From contig CAXXYE010000006.1 in assembly GCA_963674865.2 (NCBI GenBank), forward strand, positions 1 to 64,000: DNA of 64,000 nt, read 5' to 3'. Source of the DNA: Candidatus Hydrogenedentota bacterium (GTDB lineage: Bacteria > Hydrogenedentota > Hydrogenedentia > Hydrogenedentales > SLHB01). The notes below the pieces were generated by a model. That model ran no database searches. It worked only from the letters and a program-made list of their open reading frames with translations, and was not told where the DNA came from. Below, piece by piece: positions 30,901 through 39,315 of the stretch. A program made the position numbers and the translations under genes. The first letter of the stretch is position 1; the number at the start of each line of letters is the position of its first letter.

Positions 30901-31337
30901 GCGACGCTTGCAACCCACGCATCGATGAAGCCAAGCGAATAAGGGGCCGTGCTCGATGAGCCAAGTTCGGTGTACTGGTCCGGGCCGACAAGACTCTCGT
31001 CATAGTCGAAGTAATAAACCGTTCCCGCGACGTCATCGCCCGTGAGCGAATCTGTCGCTGTGGCGCTGAGGCTTACCGCGCGCAATGCGGCCGGGGCCTC
31101 GGCGGCTGTCGAGTCGGGAATACGCACCTTGATGACCGACCCGTCTTCGGGCGTGGCGATCTCAAGGGTGTCCAGCGCCTTCCTGCCGACAATTAAGTTG
31201 AGCAGGTCCGCCATGCTTACCCGGCCATTGGTGGCGGCGCCCACCTGGTTGTGTACCGGCACGAGAACCATCGCACACGCAAGTATCATCATGACACTTA
31301 CAAGCGAGGCAAGGATGAGTTTCTTCCTGCTCCCCAT
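27927..31337 (-). CDS. Large surface protein with an IPT-like domain, six Big_2 (Ig-like) repeats and a CFI-box-CTERM sorting domain
   Basis: Signal peptide; repeats such as VTVTPSSATLVVGNTLQL..WRSSDTGVATVS.GLVT; C-terminal GGGGPCFIATAAYG...FVDTYYRLSP, then a TM segment and RRRRKA. Confidence 0.9.
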   Translation of the reverse strand: MGSRKKLILASLVSVMMILACAMVLVPVHNQVGAATNGRVSMADLLNLIVGRKALDTLEIATPEDGSVIKVRIPDSTAAEAPAALRAVSLSATATDSLTGDDVAGTVYYFDYDESLVGPDQYTELGSSSTAPYSLGFIDAWVASVAQPTETWYDAVGVAHTVYAYASASKVYPDDAFDDVTFTLQEFSPEDANGDGIPDNPFDDLLTGEQFVDSPADGVVVATTKLDCTDPDQETTITIQDPDDSTRVVTVTVPSCSDLFGDTLPSDIVVIVKVADDLEGLLGASEAAEVSETIGVIVQNGKYILIGIIYATPSKAPLAVSEFDEVHSLPVPTDLIITGLDTGEGENSNVFSYPTEFLDGLAVNVDSGDDWTMQNTTHPADGTVAAELADLSIFAPIKSAIAIYAVVPDFAAVETERGVEVQGNFPVGTALNMAEAAAAYQVFFGTRQASFQDRADAVTTTAMQVTTPAVPSGEDGLVDVRVVDLNLASNYDLAADAFTFAQVRVSPSPIIMTYGSTRQLAATTTEGLDASYTWASGSPLVASVSATGLVTAGSADGTAVITATGDTTGIVGQAFVQVASSVDDITVSVTPDVLVLTTGVTAELLASSTAAYFDTSFTWATDEALIAPVTSTGAATADVTGGNVGQATVTATGVGSLQYGRCVVTVVNDPLGGDQVTVTPSSATLVVGNTLQLSAASSLYYTTPAFIWRSSDTGVATVSSNGLVTATGAGAAQISALNPLTGAQGFSAMTVVTSTTDVVTIDPDSATVVVGNTLPLVATSSLYGTTPDFVWASSDTGVATVTQDGLVTAVAEGAAQITALNPDTGAQGASAITVVTSPLGGDTVTLTPSAASVVLDNTLQLAAASSVYYKQAPDFVWWSSDTATVSVDQTGLVTGEALGAAQITALNPLTGATGNATITVVRATVTVSPSTATVRVNRTVQLTATSDDALDTAFTWASSDTTVATVSATGLVTGESVGTVTITATGANSGEQDTATITVQRAIGGAGGILALLLGLLAAGLGLAAGGDGDGGGGPCFIATAAYGTPMADDIDLLRAVRDTYLLDNALGTAFVDTYYRLSPAIADIVAKSPVLAAAVRLALVPVILAAKLAMSMPTLALSMVLGFGALVAVRRRRKA

Positions 31338-31462
31338 ATTGCGTTTCTCCTTACATTACTGTCCCCAAGAAACGAAGACGTTTTCCATCGCAGATCACCA
31401 GCGCTGAAAGCGGGTCGTTCCCCGCGGGTGCACATTGCACCCTTTTTGTACCGTAGTGATGC

Positions 31463-31491
31463 ATTATAAATGACTTCTTGGAGTGTGTCAA
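31463..31491 (-). promoter_or_regulatory. Perfect-consensus sigma70 promoter
   Basis: Minus strand TTGACA-cactccaagaagtcatt-TATAAT, with an A-tract upstream. Confidence 0.85.
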
Positions 31492-31585
31492 CCCTTTTTC
31501 ACAGTTTGACCAGCACAAAGAACCCATTGCCCGCTCGGTGTTTAGGCCCGTAGCGAACGGGATGCCCATAGCTTGACAAGAAGAT

Positions 31586-32443
31586 CTAGCGCCGTTCATT
31601 GGGCATACCCGGTTTATCCCGCAAGTCATTTCCGCCCTTTCCGTCACGCACAAGGCACGTCCCGCGTCGGGCAACCGTCGCGAAACCTACTAAGGCAAGA
31701 ACAACGAGTGCGAGGCTGATGGCCTGCGACACTGTCATACCTAGTATGGAACGGGCGCTATCACCCCTGAAAAACTCGGCCACGAAGCGGAGAACTCCGT
31801 AGGCGAACATGTAGAGCAACACGACGGCCCCATCGAAAGGCTTTCTATCGAGACAGCGTTTCAGCAGCAAGAAGATACCTAGAAGGCCGAGATGCATGTA
31901 GAGTTGCGTGGGATGAACGGGCAAGGTGGTGGCGGTGGAGGGCTCGATGAGTCCCTCTCTGAGCTGGGCACGGTAGACCCAGGCGCCGGGAGGGAAACGA
32001 ACGGCCCACGGTACATCGGTGGGCGTGCCATAGCAGCACCCGTTCAGAAAGCAACCGATCCGAGTGATGGCCTGCCCAAGTGCAAGGTACGGCGCGGCGA
32101 TATCGCCCGCTTTGATGAGCGGAATCCTGCGCAGCAACAGGTGGATGGTCAAGGCCAGCAGGCCGCCTATCAAGCCACCGTAGTAGACCAACCCGCCTTC
32201 CCAAATGAAGACAATCCGCCAAAGATAGCGTGCCTCGCTGTATTGGAGAATCCAGAAGGTCTTCGCGCCTATTAGCGCCCCAAGGTAGGCCCAGAGCCCG
32301 GCGTGGGGCGTGAGCACGAAGCCCTCTCCTCTCACCCACGACTTCCTGCAGGCCAGCAGAGTGCAGCTGATGAAGGCCAGCGCCAGCATCACGGGATAGG
32401 GATGCAGTTCCAGTCCGAGGATGTTTACCAAGACTGGACGCAT
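31586..32443 (-). CDS. lgt: Prolipoprotein diacylglyceryl transferase
   Basis: WEGGLVYYGG, RIGCFLNGCCYG, VHPTQLY, RFVAEFFRGD. Confidence 0.92.
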   Translation of the reverse strand: MRPVLVNILGLELHPYPVMLALAFISCTLLACRKSWVRGEGFVLTPHAGLWAYLGALIGAKTFWILQYSEARYLWRIVFIWEGGLVYYGGLIGGLLALTIHLLLRRIPLIKAGDIAAPYLALGQAITRIGCFLNGCCYGTPTDVPWAVRFPPGAWVYRAQLREGLIEPSTATTLPVHPTQLYMHLGLLGIFLLLKRCLDRKPFDGAVVLLYMFAYGVLRFVAEFFRGDSARSILGMTVSQAISLALVVLALVGFATVARRGTCLVRDGKGGNDLRDKPGMPNERR

Positions 32444-32521
32444 GGCATCTTACCTCTTGACCGTTGAAGACCCGCGAACGCCCCCTCCCGCCTTGCCACG
32501 ACACGCGTCGACCGGGACGGA

Positions 32522-33578
32522 TCACGTGCGTGGATGAAGGGCTGACCGCACACCTTTCCTGCGGACCTGCGATCTACCTGCCACAAAAAGCATGGCTACA
32601 AGCACAGCACTCACGGCAGCATCGGCGGATAGCCCCCGTCCGGGCAGGGGGCCTAGCGAGGCCACGGCAAGAGCTTTGCCGGCGCCGCGATGCCCCCTGT
32701 CCGAAGCGCTGAACGCGCTTTGACAGCCATCCTCGCTCGCGGCCTTGACCCAGTAGTAATAGTAGATGTAAGAGGACTGAGCCCCTTGACAGCCGGAGCC
32801 TCCACCATCGGTCGCCGGGGCTGCCGACGTATCGTCGTAAGACGTCGCCGTCAGCCAATCCGTCAACGGAGCGGCGGCGTTGATATCGCTGCTGAGGCCG
32901 CGATAGACGCGGTACTCGGCGGGCACCAGAAACCGCGTCCCATTGCACTCGGATGTACTCATCGTACGTCCCGTCGGAGGCATCAATATTGGTGGGCGCA
33001 TCCGGGGCAACGCACGGATCGCCGATCCGGATCTGCCCGGGAACCACGGCAATTTCGAGCCGCTGCGGTGTATCTTCAGCCGAGGCCGCCGAAGCTTTCG
33101 AGCCCGTCAAACTCAGATACTCCCCCTCGGTGCCGGCAAGAATCCGGAAGGAGAGGGTCATCAAGACGCCATCGGGAATAGCATTGAAGTTCAAGCCCCA
33201 CACGGCGATCCCCAGATCCCCGTCACTCCGCAGATTGCCGGTGACGATCTTCTCAGCGGCGGTCGCCGCAGCCCCTTCATTGACATCAACGTATTCCAGC
33301 GCTGTCTCGTCATAGGATACGCGAAAGACAACGAGGGCCGGTCCCTCCGACTCCGACGCGACGCTAACGTCGACGTCGACCACATCGTCCACATGGCCGG
33401 CGGACGCACCCAACGTCAAGGTGACTTCGGTGCTCTGTTTGAGGGAGGTCGACGCCCCGAACGCCGGAGTCGGCACCACGTTCAACAACGTGGCCGTCAC
33501 GGCCAGGAGCATCACAGAGGGCGCTACGCCGTGTACGGAGCCTTTGCGAAAACCACCAGAGAGTAACTTCATCTTCAT
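32522..33578 (-). CDS. Secreted cohesin-domain plus Fn3-like protein, apparent frameshift near 32925
   Basis: FRVSYDETALEY...IPDGVLMTLSFRI (cohesin-like); ASDGTYDEYIRVQWDAVSG continues as EYRVYRG...YYYWVKA in ORF 32522..33052. Confidence 0.7.
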
Positions 33579-33768
33579 GTTCGGTGCCTTTTTCGCCTGT
33601 CTGTGCTCAAGGAGCCGCGGGCCATTCGCAAACCCCGATAAATACAGAGGATAGGAGCCCTATCACTGTCCGGCAACGATATATTACGGGTCCGGGGCCT
33701 GTCAAGCAAAGGGCATGCAGATCCTTTGCGCGAGCTCAACATCGCATGCTACCATCAAACAACAAGGA

Positions 33769-35451
33769 ATGATACAAGTCACCTGTCCAAGCTGCGGTAT
33801 CCGGTTTCTTGTACCGTCTACGGTACAAGGGAGGTCAGGTATTTGTTTCGGGTGCGGCAAGAAGATCGTCATACCCGCCTTCTCTAAGCCCTTTCAAGAT
33901 AAAGATTTAACTTTCTCCGAGGGGGAGCGCATCTCGGATCGCTACGTCATCGCGGAGCGGATTGGCGCGGGCGGAATGGGTGTTGTCTACAAGGCCCACG
34001 ACAGCCTCGTGGGGGAAAACGTCGCGCTCAAATTCATGCGCCCCCGCCTCCTGATGACACAGAAAGGCCAACACCTGTTCATCCAGGAAGCACAGGTGGC
34101 CCGACGGCTCCGGCACGAAAGCATCGTAGCAGTCCATGACGTGAGCTTCACGAACGAAGGTATTTTGTACCTGTCGATGGAGTTCTTGAGAGGCCAATCA
34201 CTTCGCCGTCTACTGCAACGCCAGCGTCACGACAGAAAGCACATCGAGATTCGTTTCGCCATCGAAATCCTCTCCCAAGTACTCAACGCCTTGGACTATG
34301 CCCATCGAACGGTGGTTCACCGGGATATCAAGCCGGAGAACGTCATGATCCTCCCCGGAGAACACGTCAAGGTGCTCGATTTCGGCCTTGCCAAGGTCAT
34401 TGATGAGGCGGAAACGGAACCCCCGGCGCATTTGCGCAAGAAGGGCCGCGTGGTCGGCACCCTGGCCTACGCGGCCCCCGAACAGGCGATGCATAGGAAC
34501 GTTGATTCCCGAGCAGACATGTACGCCGTCGGCCTCCTCTTTAGAGAACTCATGACGCTGCGAACGCCCTTCGACGACCCCGTCGACGTTGCAGCCGTGC
34601 GCGATGACCTTTCGCCTTCCCTCCTTGCCGTACTCGAAAAAGCGCTACAACCTGAGAAGGAACGCCGCTGGCAATCGGCAGGGGAATTCCGCCGTGCCCT
34701 TCTACAGGGATTCCACGAGTCCTACCGCCAGGTCTCCGTGCCCAACAACACTGCCGGCCGTTCCCAGGAGGTCTCTACGAAGGACATGGTCCTCTTCCAA
34801 GGGGGAAGCTTTCTCATGGGCAACGGGGAGGTGCGGGAGGAGGCTCCCGAATTCGAGGCCCATGTCCGTCCGTTTTGTATGGACATCCACCCAGTGACGG
34901 TTGAGCAATATGGGGAGTTTCTCCGGGCGACGGGGCACCGCCAACCCAAGTTCTGGCGCAATCCGCAATACAATGGCCCTACGCAACCCGTGGTGGGAGT
35001 AACCTGGGCCGACGCCAACGCGTATGCCGCGTGGGCAGGAAAACGCTTGCCAACCGAGGCGCAGTGGGAATTCGCCGCGCGAGGGAAGGAAAACCGTCTC
35101 TATCCATGGGGAACCCTGGAGCCGGATAACACGCTCTGCAACTTCGGTGATTTCTTAAACATGCCCTCTATTGTCACCATGCACGAGAGCGGCGCCACAC
35201 CCGAAGGCATCCTCGACCTCGCCGGTAACGTATACGAATGGACGCTCGATCCGTTCGTCCCCTACGACACGACAAAAAAGGGGGCGCCGGCCGATTCGAA
35301 TTCCCCGCGCCGCACCGTTCGCGGTGGGTCGTGGCACTCGCCGGCCGACGATCTTCGATGCGCCCACCGACGCGGACTCTTCTGCGAGACCGAGTCGAAC
35401 CTCGTCGGATTTCGCTGCGTCCTACCCACTGAACAGGTCACCAGAGACTAG
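33769..35451 (+). CDS. Zn-ribbon plus Hanks-type Ser/Thr kinase plus FGE-sulfatase (SUMF1)-like domain
   Basis: CPSC/CFGC, GAGGMGVVY, HRDIKPEN, DFGLAK, RLPTEAQWEFAARG, LAGNVYEW, GFRCV. Confidence 0.93.
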   Translation: MIQVTCPSCGIRFLVPSTVQGRSGICFGCGKKIVIPAFSKPFQDKDLTFSEGERISDRYVIAERIGAGGMGVVYKAHDSLVGENVALKFMRPRLLMTQKGQHLFIQEAQVARRLRHESIVAVHDVSFTNEGILYLSMEFLRGQSLRRLLQRQRHDRKHIEIRFAIEILSQVLNALDYAHRTVVHRDIKPENVMILPGEHVKVLDFGLAKVIDEAETEPPAHLRKKGRVVGTLAYAAPEQAMHRNVDSRADMYAVGLLFRELMTLRTPFDDPVDVAAVRDDLSPSLLAVLEKALQPEKERRWQSAGEFRRALLQGFHESYRQVSVPNNTAGRSQEVSTKDMVLFQGGSFLMGNGEVREEAPEFEAHVRPFCMDIHPVTVEQYGEFLRATGHRQPKFWRNPQYNGPTQPVVGVTWADANAYAAWAGKRLPTEAQWEFAARGKENRLYPWGTLEPDNTLCNFGDFLNMPSIVTMHESGATPEGILDLAGNVYEWTLDPFVPYDTTKKGAPADSNSPRRTVRGGSWHSPADDLRCAHRRGLFCETESNLVGFRCVLPTEQVTRD

Positions 35452-35504
35452 CGCCGGGGGCCGTCGCTTCGCACGAAGCCGAACCGCCGCTCCAGTAGTC
35501 GTAT

Positions 35505-35533
35505 TTGACAGAACCAGAGGGCGTTTTTATACT
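35505..35533 (+). promoter_or_regulatory. Sigma70 promoter of HNH-priA
   Basis: TTGACA-17 nt-TATACT. Confidence 0.7.
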
Positions 35534-35579
35534 GCGGTTGTCCCTGGCCCTGGCGGCACGAAGAAATGAGAGGCGCGAA

Positions 35580-36173
35580 ATGCTTGAGGGCAGCGTACTT
35601 GTACTGAACAAGTCATGGGTGGCGATTCACATCTCCACCGTACGCCGAGCCCTCGCCCTGCTCTATCAGGACTTGGCCCGCGCCGTCCATCCCACGGACT
35701 ACTCCCTCTACGACTTCGAGGATTGGTGCGAACTGTCGCAGGCGAACGACCGCGGCCGCTTCGTCCACACTCCGAGCTTCCGCATCCGGGTGCCCGAGGT
35801 CATCGTGCTAAAGGTTTTCAACGGATTTGTCCGGCATGAGGTCCGCTTCTCCCGGCGCAATATTTTCGAGCGGGACAACAACCGATGCCAGTACTGCGGG
35901 AGACGCCTACCGAAGTCGGAGTTGACCATCGACCACGTCGTCCCCCAGTCCCGCGGAGGCGGCGACACGTGGACTAATCTCGTGTTGGCCTGCGTAGGGT
36001 GCAACGTCAGAAAGGCCAACCGAACGCCAGCAGAGGCAGGTATGCCCCTTATCAAGGAGCCGGTGAAGCCGAACTGGCTCCCGCGGCTTGGGGCGCGTAT
36101 ACCCAGCAACCAGATCATCAGTTGGCAGCGCTTCGTCGACACCGCCTACTGGGACGTCGAACTGCGAGAATAG
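35580..36173 (+). CDS. HNH endonuclease (McrA-like)
   Basis: VLVLN, RDNNRCQYCG, TIDHVVPQSRGG, NLVLACVGCNVRK. Confidence 0.92.
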   Translation: MLEGSVLVLNKSWVAIHISTVRRALALLYQDLARAVHPTDYSLYDFEDWCELSQANDRGRFVHTPSFRIRVPEVIVLKVFNGFVRHEVRFSRRNIFERDNNRCQYCGRRLPKSELTIDHVVPQSRGGGDTWTNLVLACVGCNVRKANRTPAEAGMPLIKEPVKPNWLPRLGARIPSNQIISWQRFVDTAYWDVELRE

Positions 36174-36177
36174 AAGC

Positions 36178-38637
36178 ATGCCAGGCCGCAGTTTTGCGGA
36201 CGTTGTACTGCCTCTTCCCATCGACCAGGCGTTTACGTACCGAGTCCCCGAAAGTCTCTCCGAACGTGTCGCACCCGGAATGCGCGCCGTGGTTCCGGTG
36301 CAGAAGCGGGTGGAGACGGGATACGTCGTCGCCGTACACGCCTCCTCGACCTTCCCGCGCATCCGCAGCCTGATCGACCTGCCCGATAGCCGGCCCGTCT
36401 TCTCGGAAGATATGCTCGACTTATGCCGATGGTTGGCCGACTATTATTGCTGCTCCTGGGGCGAGGCACTGCATTGCGCGGTGCCGGCGGGACTGCACAT
36501 CCGCAGCAAGATGCGCTACACATTGCTCCAAGATCAGATCACCGCAGGGCGATTCACGGATAGGCAGCGTCGAGTCATCGCAGCACTTTACCACCGCGGC
36601 CCGATGACGGAGGCCGCGTTGGCGCGGGCCGTTGGCCGGGGCGCATTGAGTTCCACCCTCCAGTCGCTCACCTCACGGGGCATCTTGTTGGCCGAGCCCG
36701 TCATTGGCGCGTCACCCGGCGCCTCTATACAGACGGAAACCTATGTGCAGCTTGTGGAATCCAGCGTGCCCGATGCATCAGGATTGGCCGCCCTACAGCG
36801 GCGCGCGCCGAAGCAGGCGGCCGTGTACCTCGACTTGCTCCACGGTGAGCCGGAACGCCTTGCCTCTGCCCTGTATGAGAAACACCAGGCCAACTCCGGC
36901 ATCATCCGCGCCCTCGAGAATAGGGGCCTCGTAGCGCGTGTCGAACGCGACATCTATCGGACGCCCGATTTCGAGGCCGACGCCAACGCACGCACCAAGC
37001 TCCAGCTCAATGACGAGCAGAGCGCCGCCTACGAGGCGATCGTGAGCCCGATGGCGTCGGGTGAATTTCAGACGATCCTCGTGCAAGGCATCACGGGCTC
37101 AGGAAAAACCGAGGTATATCTCCAGGCTATCGAACACGCCCTCAGCCTGGGCCGCGCCGCCATCATACTTGTGCCGGAGATCTCGCTCACGCCGCAGACG
37201 GTGGGGCGTTTCAAGGCGCGGTTTCATGAGCGGATCGCAGTCTTGCACAGCGCCCTTGCCGCGGGCGAACGCTACGATGAGTGGCGGCGCACACAGGAAG
37301 GACAGGTGCGGATCGTCGTGGGGGCGCGCTCGGCCGTTTTCGCCCCGTTGGCCGACCTTGGCATCATCGTGGTGGATGAGGAGCACGACACCTCCTACAA
37401 ACAGGCGGACGTGCCGCGATACCACGCGCGCGATGTAGCCATCATGCGCGCGAAGATGAGCAACGCGGTGTGCGTGCTTGGCTCGGCGACGCCTTCCGTC
37501 GAGTCGTATCACAACAGCGAGCGCGGCAAGTCGGCGCGCCTTGAGCTGAAGCGGCGGGCCACAAATGCCCGCTTGCCCAAAGTGCGTCTCGTAGACATGC
37601 GCGAGGAGGCCAGGGAGGTCAGCGGGCAACTCCTCCTTTCGCGCGCGCTCGAGCACGCCGTCAAGAAGCGCGTCGATGCCGGCGAGCAGGTGCTGCTGCT
37701 GCTCAACCGCCGTGGCTTCTCGCCGTTTGTGCTCTGCCCGCAATGCGGCTGGGTCGCCATGTGCAAGGATTGTCAGGTGACGATGACGTATCACGCCAAA
37801 GGCGCGTTTCTCAGTTGCCATTACTGCAACGGCCGCCGGGAGGTGCCGCAGGTGTGCGACTCATGTTACTTCAATCCGCTGCTCTTCCTCGGAACAGGCA
37901 CGCAGAAAGTCGAGGACATTCTGGCACGCACGTTTCCCGCGGCGCGTATCGAACGCATGGACGCCGATACAACGGCAGGCAAGGGCGGCCACGCCAAGAT
38001 TCTCGGCCGCCTCGCCGCCGGAGAGATTGACATCCTTATCGGCACGCAGATGATCGCCAAGGGCCACGATTATCCCGGCGTAACTCTCGTCGGGGTGATT
38101 AATGCAGACACAGGACTTCGCGTCCCCGACTTTCGCGCCGCCGAGAACACCTTCCAGTTGCTTACGCAGGTAGGCGGCCGCGCGGGACGGGGCGAACGCG
38201 ACGGCGAGGTCATTGTTCAAACCTACCATCCCAATCATTACGCCGTGCGCGCTGCTGCCCGACACGACTTTGGGGCCTTTTATGGCCACGAGATCACCGA
38301 ACGGCAGGCCGCGGGATATCCTCCCTTCCGCCGGATGGCAAATCTCGCCGTAGAGGCTGAGGATCCGCTCCTAGCCGAGCGGGCGGCCGCGGCCCTCCAT
38401 CACGTCGTCAGGGAGCAGCGTGACGCTCTGGATTTCCGCGGGGTGGAACTCCTGGGGCCCGCGCCCGCCACGGTGCAGCGCGTCAAGCGGAAATACCGCT
38501 GGAATCTGGCCATTCTGTCGAAAAGCGCCTCGCGCTTGAACACGCTCGCCCGCCGCACAAGGGAAGTCTTCGGCAAGCTCCCTCAGGCGGCGCGGGTCCA
38601 ACTCAAGATCGACCTGGACCCCTACGGGATGTTCTGA
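36178..38637 (+). CDS. priA: Primosomal protein N'
   Basis: GITGSGKTEVY, DEEHD, SATPS, LNRRG, four CxxC pairs, GTQMIAKG, GRAGR. Confidence 0.97.
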   Translation: MPGRSFADVVLPLPIDQAFTYRVPESLSERVAPGMRAVVPVQKRVETGYVVAVHASSTFPRIRSLIDLPDSRPVFSEDMLDLCRWLADYYCCSWGEALHCAVPAGLHIRSKMRYTLLQDQITAGRFTDRQRRVIAALYHRGPMTEAALARAVGRGALSSTLQSLTSRGILLAEPVIGASPGASIQTETYVQLVESSVPDASGLAALQRRAPKQAAVYLDLLHGEPERLASALYEKHQANSGIIRALENRGLVARVERDIYRTPDFEADANARTKLQLNDEQSAAYEAIVSPMASGEFQTILVQGITGSGKTEVYLQAIEHALSLGRAAIILVPEISLTPQTVGRFKARFHERIAVLHSALAAGERYDEWRRTQEGQVRIVVGARSAVFAPLADLGIIVVDEEHDTSYKQADVPRYHARDVAIMRAKMSNAVCVLGSATPSVESYHNSERGKSARLELKRRATNARLPKVRLVDMREEAREVSGQLLLSRALEHAVKKRVDAGEQVLLLLNRRGFSPFVLCPQCGWVAMCKDCQVTMTYHAKGAFLSCHYCNGRREVPQVCDSCYFNPLLFLGTGTQKVEDILARTFPAARIERMDADTTAGKGGHAKILGRLAAGEIDILIGTQMIAKGHDYPGVTLVGVINADTGLRVPDFRAAENTFQLLTQVGGRAGRGERDGEVIVQTYHPNHYAVRAAARHDFGAFYGHEITERQAAGYPPFRRMANLAVEAEDPLLAERAAAALHHVVREQRDALDFRGVELLGPAPATVQRVKRKYRWNLAILSKSASRLNTLARRTREVFGKLPQAARVQLKIDLDPYGMF

Positions 38638-38764
38638 GCCGATACCGTCAAGTGTCCGGGAAGATTGGGTTGTCAAAACGTTGGAATTGTCTCAGGGGCG
38701 TGGTAGAATCCCGCCCGTTTGCGTGAGGAAACAGCATTTTCGAGATCGATTCAGGGAGGGATTC

Positions 38765-39169
38765 ATGACAAGGCACTGGCTTATCACGATAGGATGCATG
38801 GTGCTCTTGGCGCTATCGGCGTGCTCGAAATCATCCAGCACCGCCGCACCGCCGGAGACGCCTGCCCCCCAAGCTCAGGCCGTCGAGAGTGTCCAGGCCC
38901 AGCCAGAATCGCAGGACACGGCCAGCCTCGCGGGCACATCTTGGCAGTGGGGTGATTATGAGGTCACCTTCAAGGATGCTACGTCCTTCCACATCCAAGG
39001 CGGCGAGCTAAGGGACATGGCGCCGGACGGCGTCGCGGGCACGTATGCAATCGAGGATGGTGACGTCGGAACGAAGGCTCTCACCTTCACCGTTTTGGAT
39101 CAGATCAAGACGGGCACGTGGGACGGCGAAAACCTTGTTGTTGAAAAAGAGGCGGCCGTCCGCCAGTGA
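38765..39169 (+). CDS. Hypothetical lipoprotein
   Basis: LSAC lipobox, Pro/Ala linker, LAGTSW beta domain. Confidence 0.75.
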   Translation: MTRHWLITIGCMVLLALSACSKSSSTAAPPETPAPQAQAVESVQAQPESQDTASLAGTSWQWGDYEVTFKDATSFHIQGGELRDMAPDGVAGTYAIEDGDVGTKALTFTVLDQIKTGTWDGENLVVEKEAAVRQ

Positions 39170-39315
39170 TCCGTTGTTCACGTTGCTGATGGTTTTGCGG
39201 GGGATCCCGGCCACATTGAGACCGCGATCCTCCGCTTTTGTTGTAGAAAGCGCGGGCCGTTTGGGCAACTGACGGCTCATCCCCGCCCCAAGAAGGGCGG
39301 AAAGAGGTAGAACTC

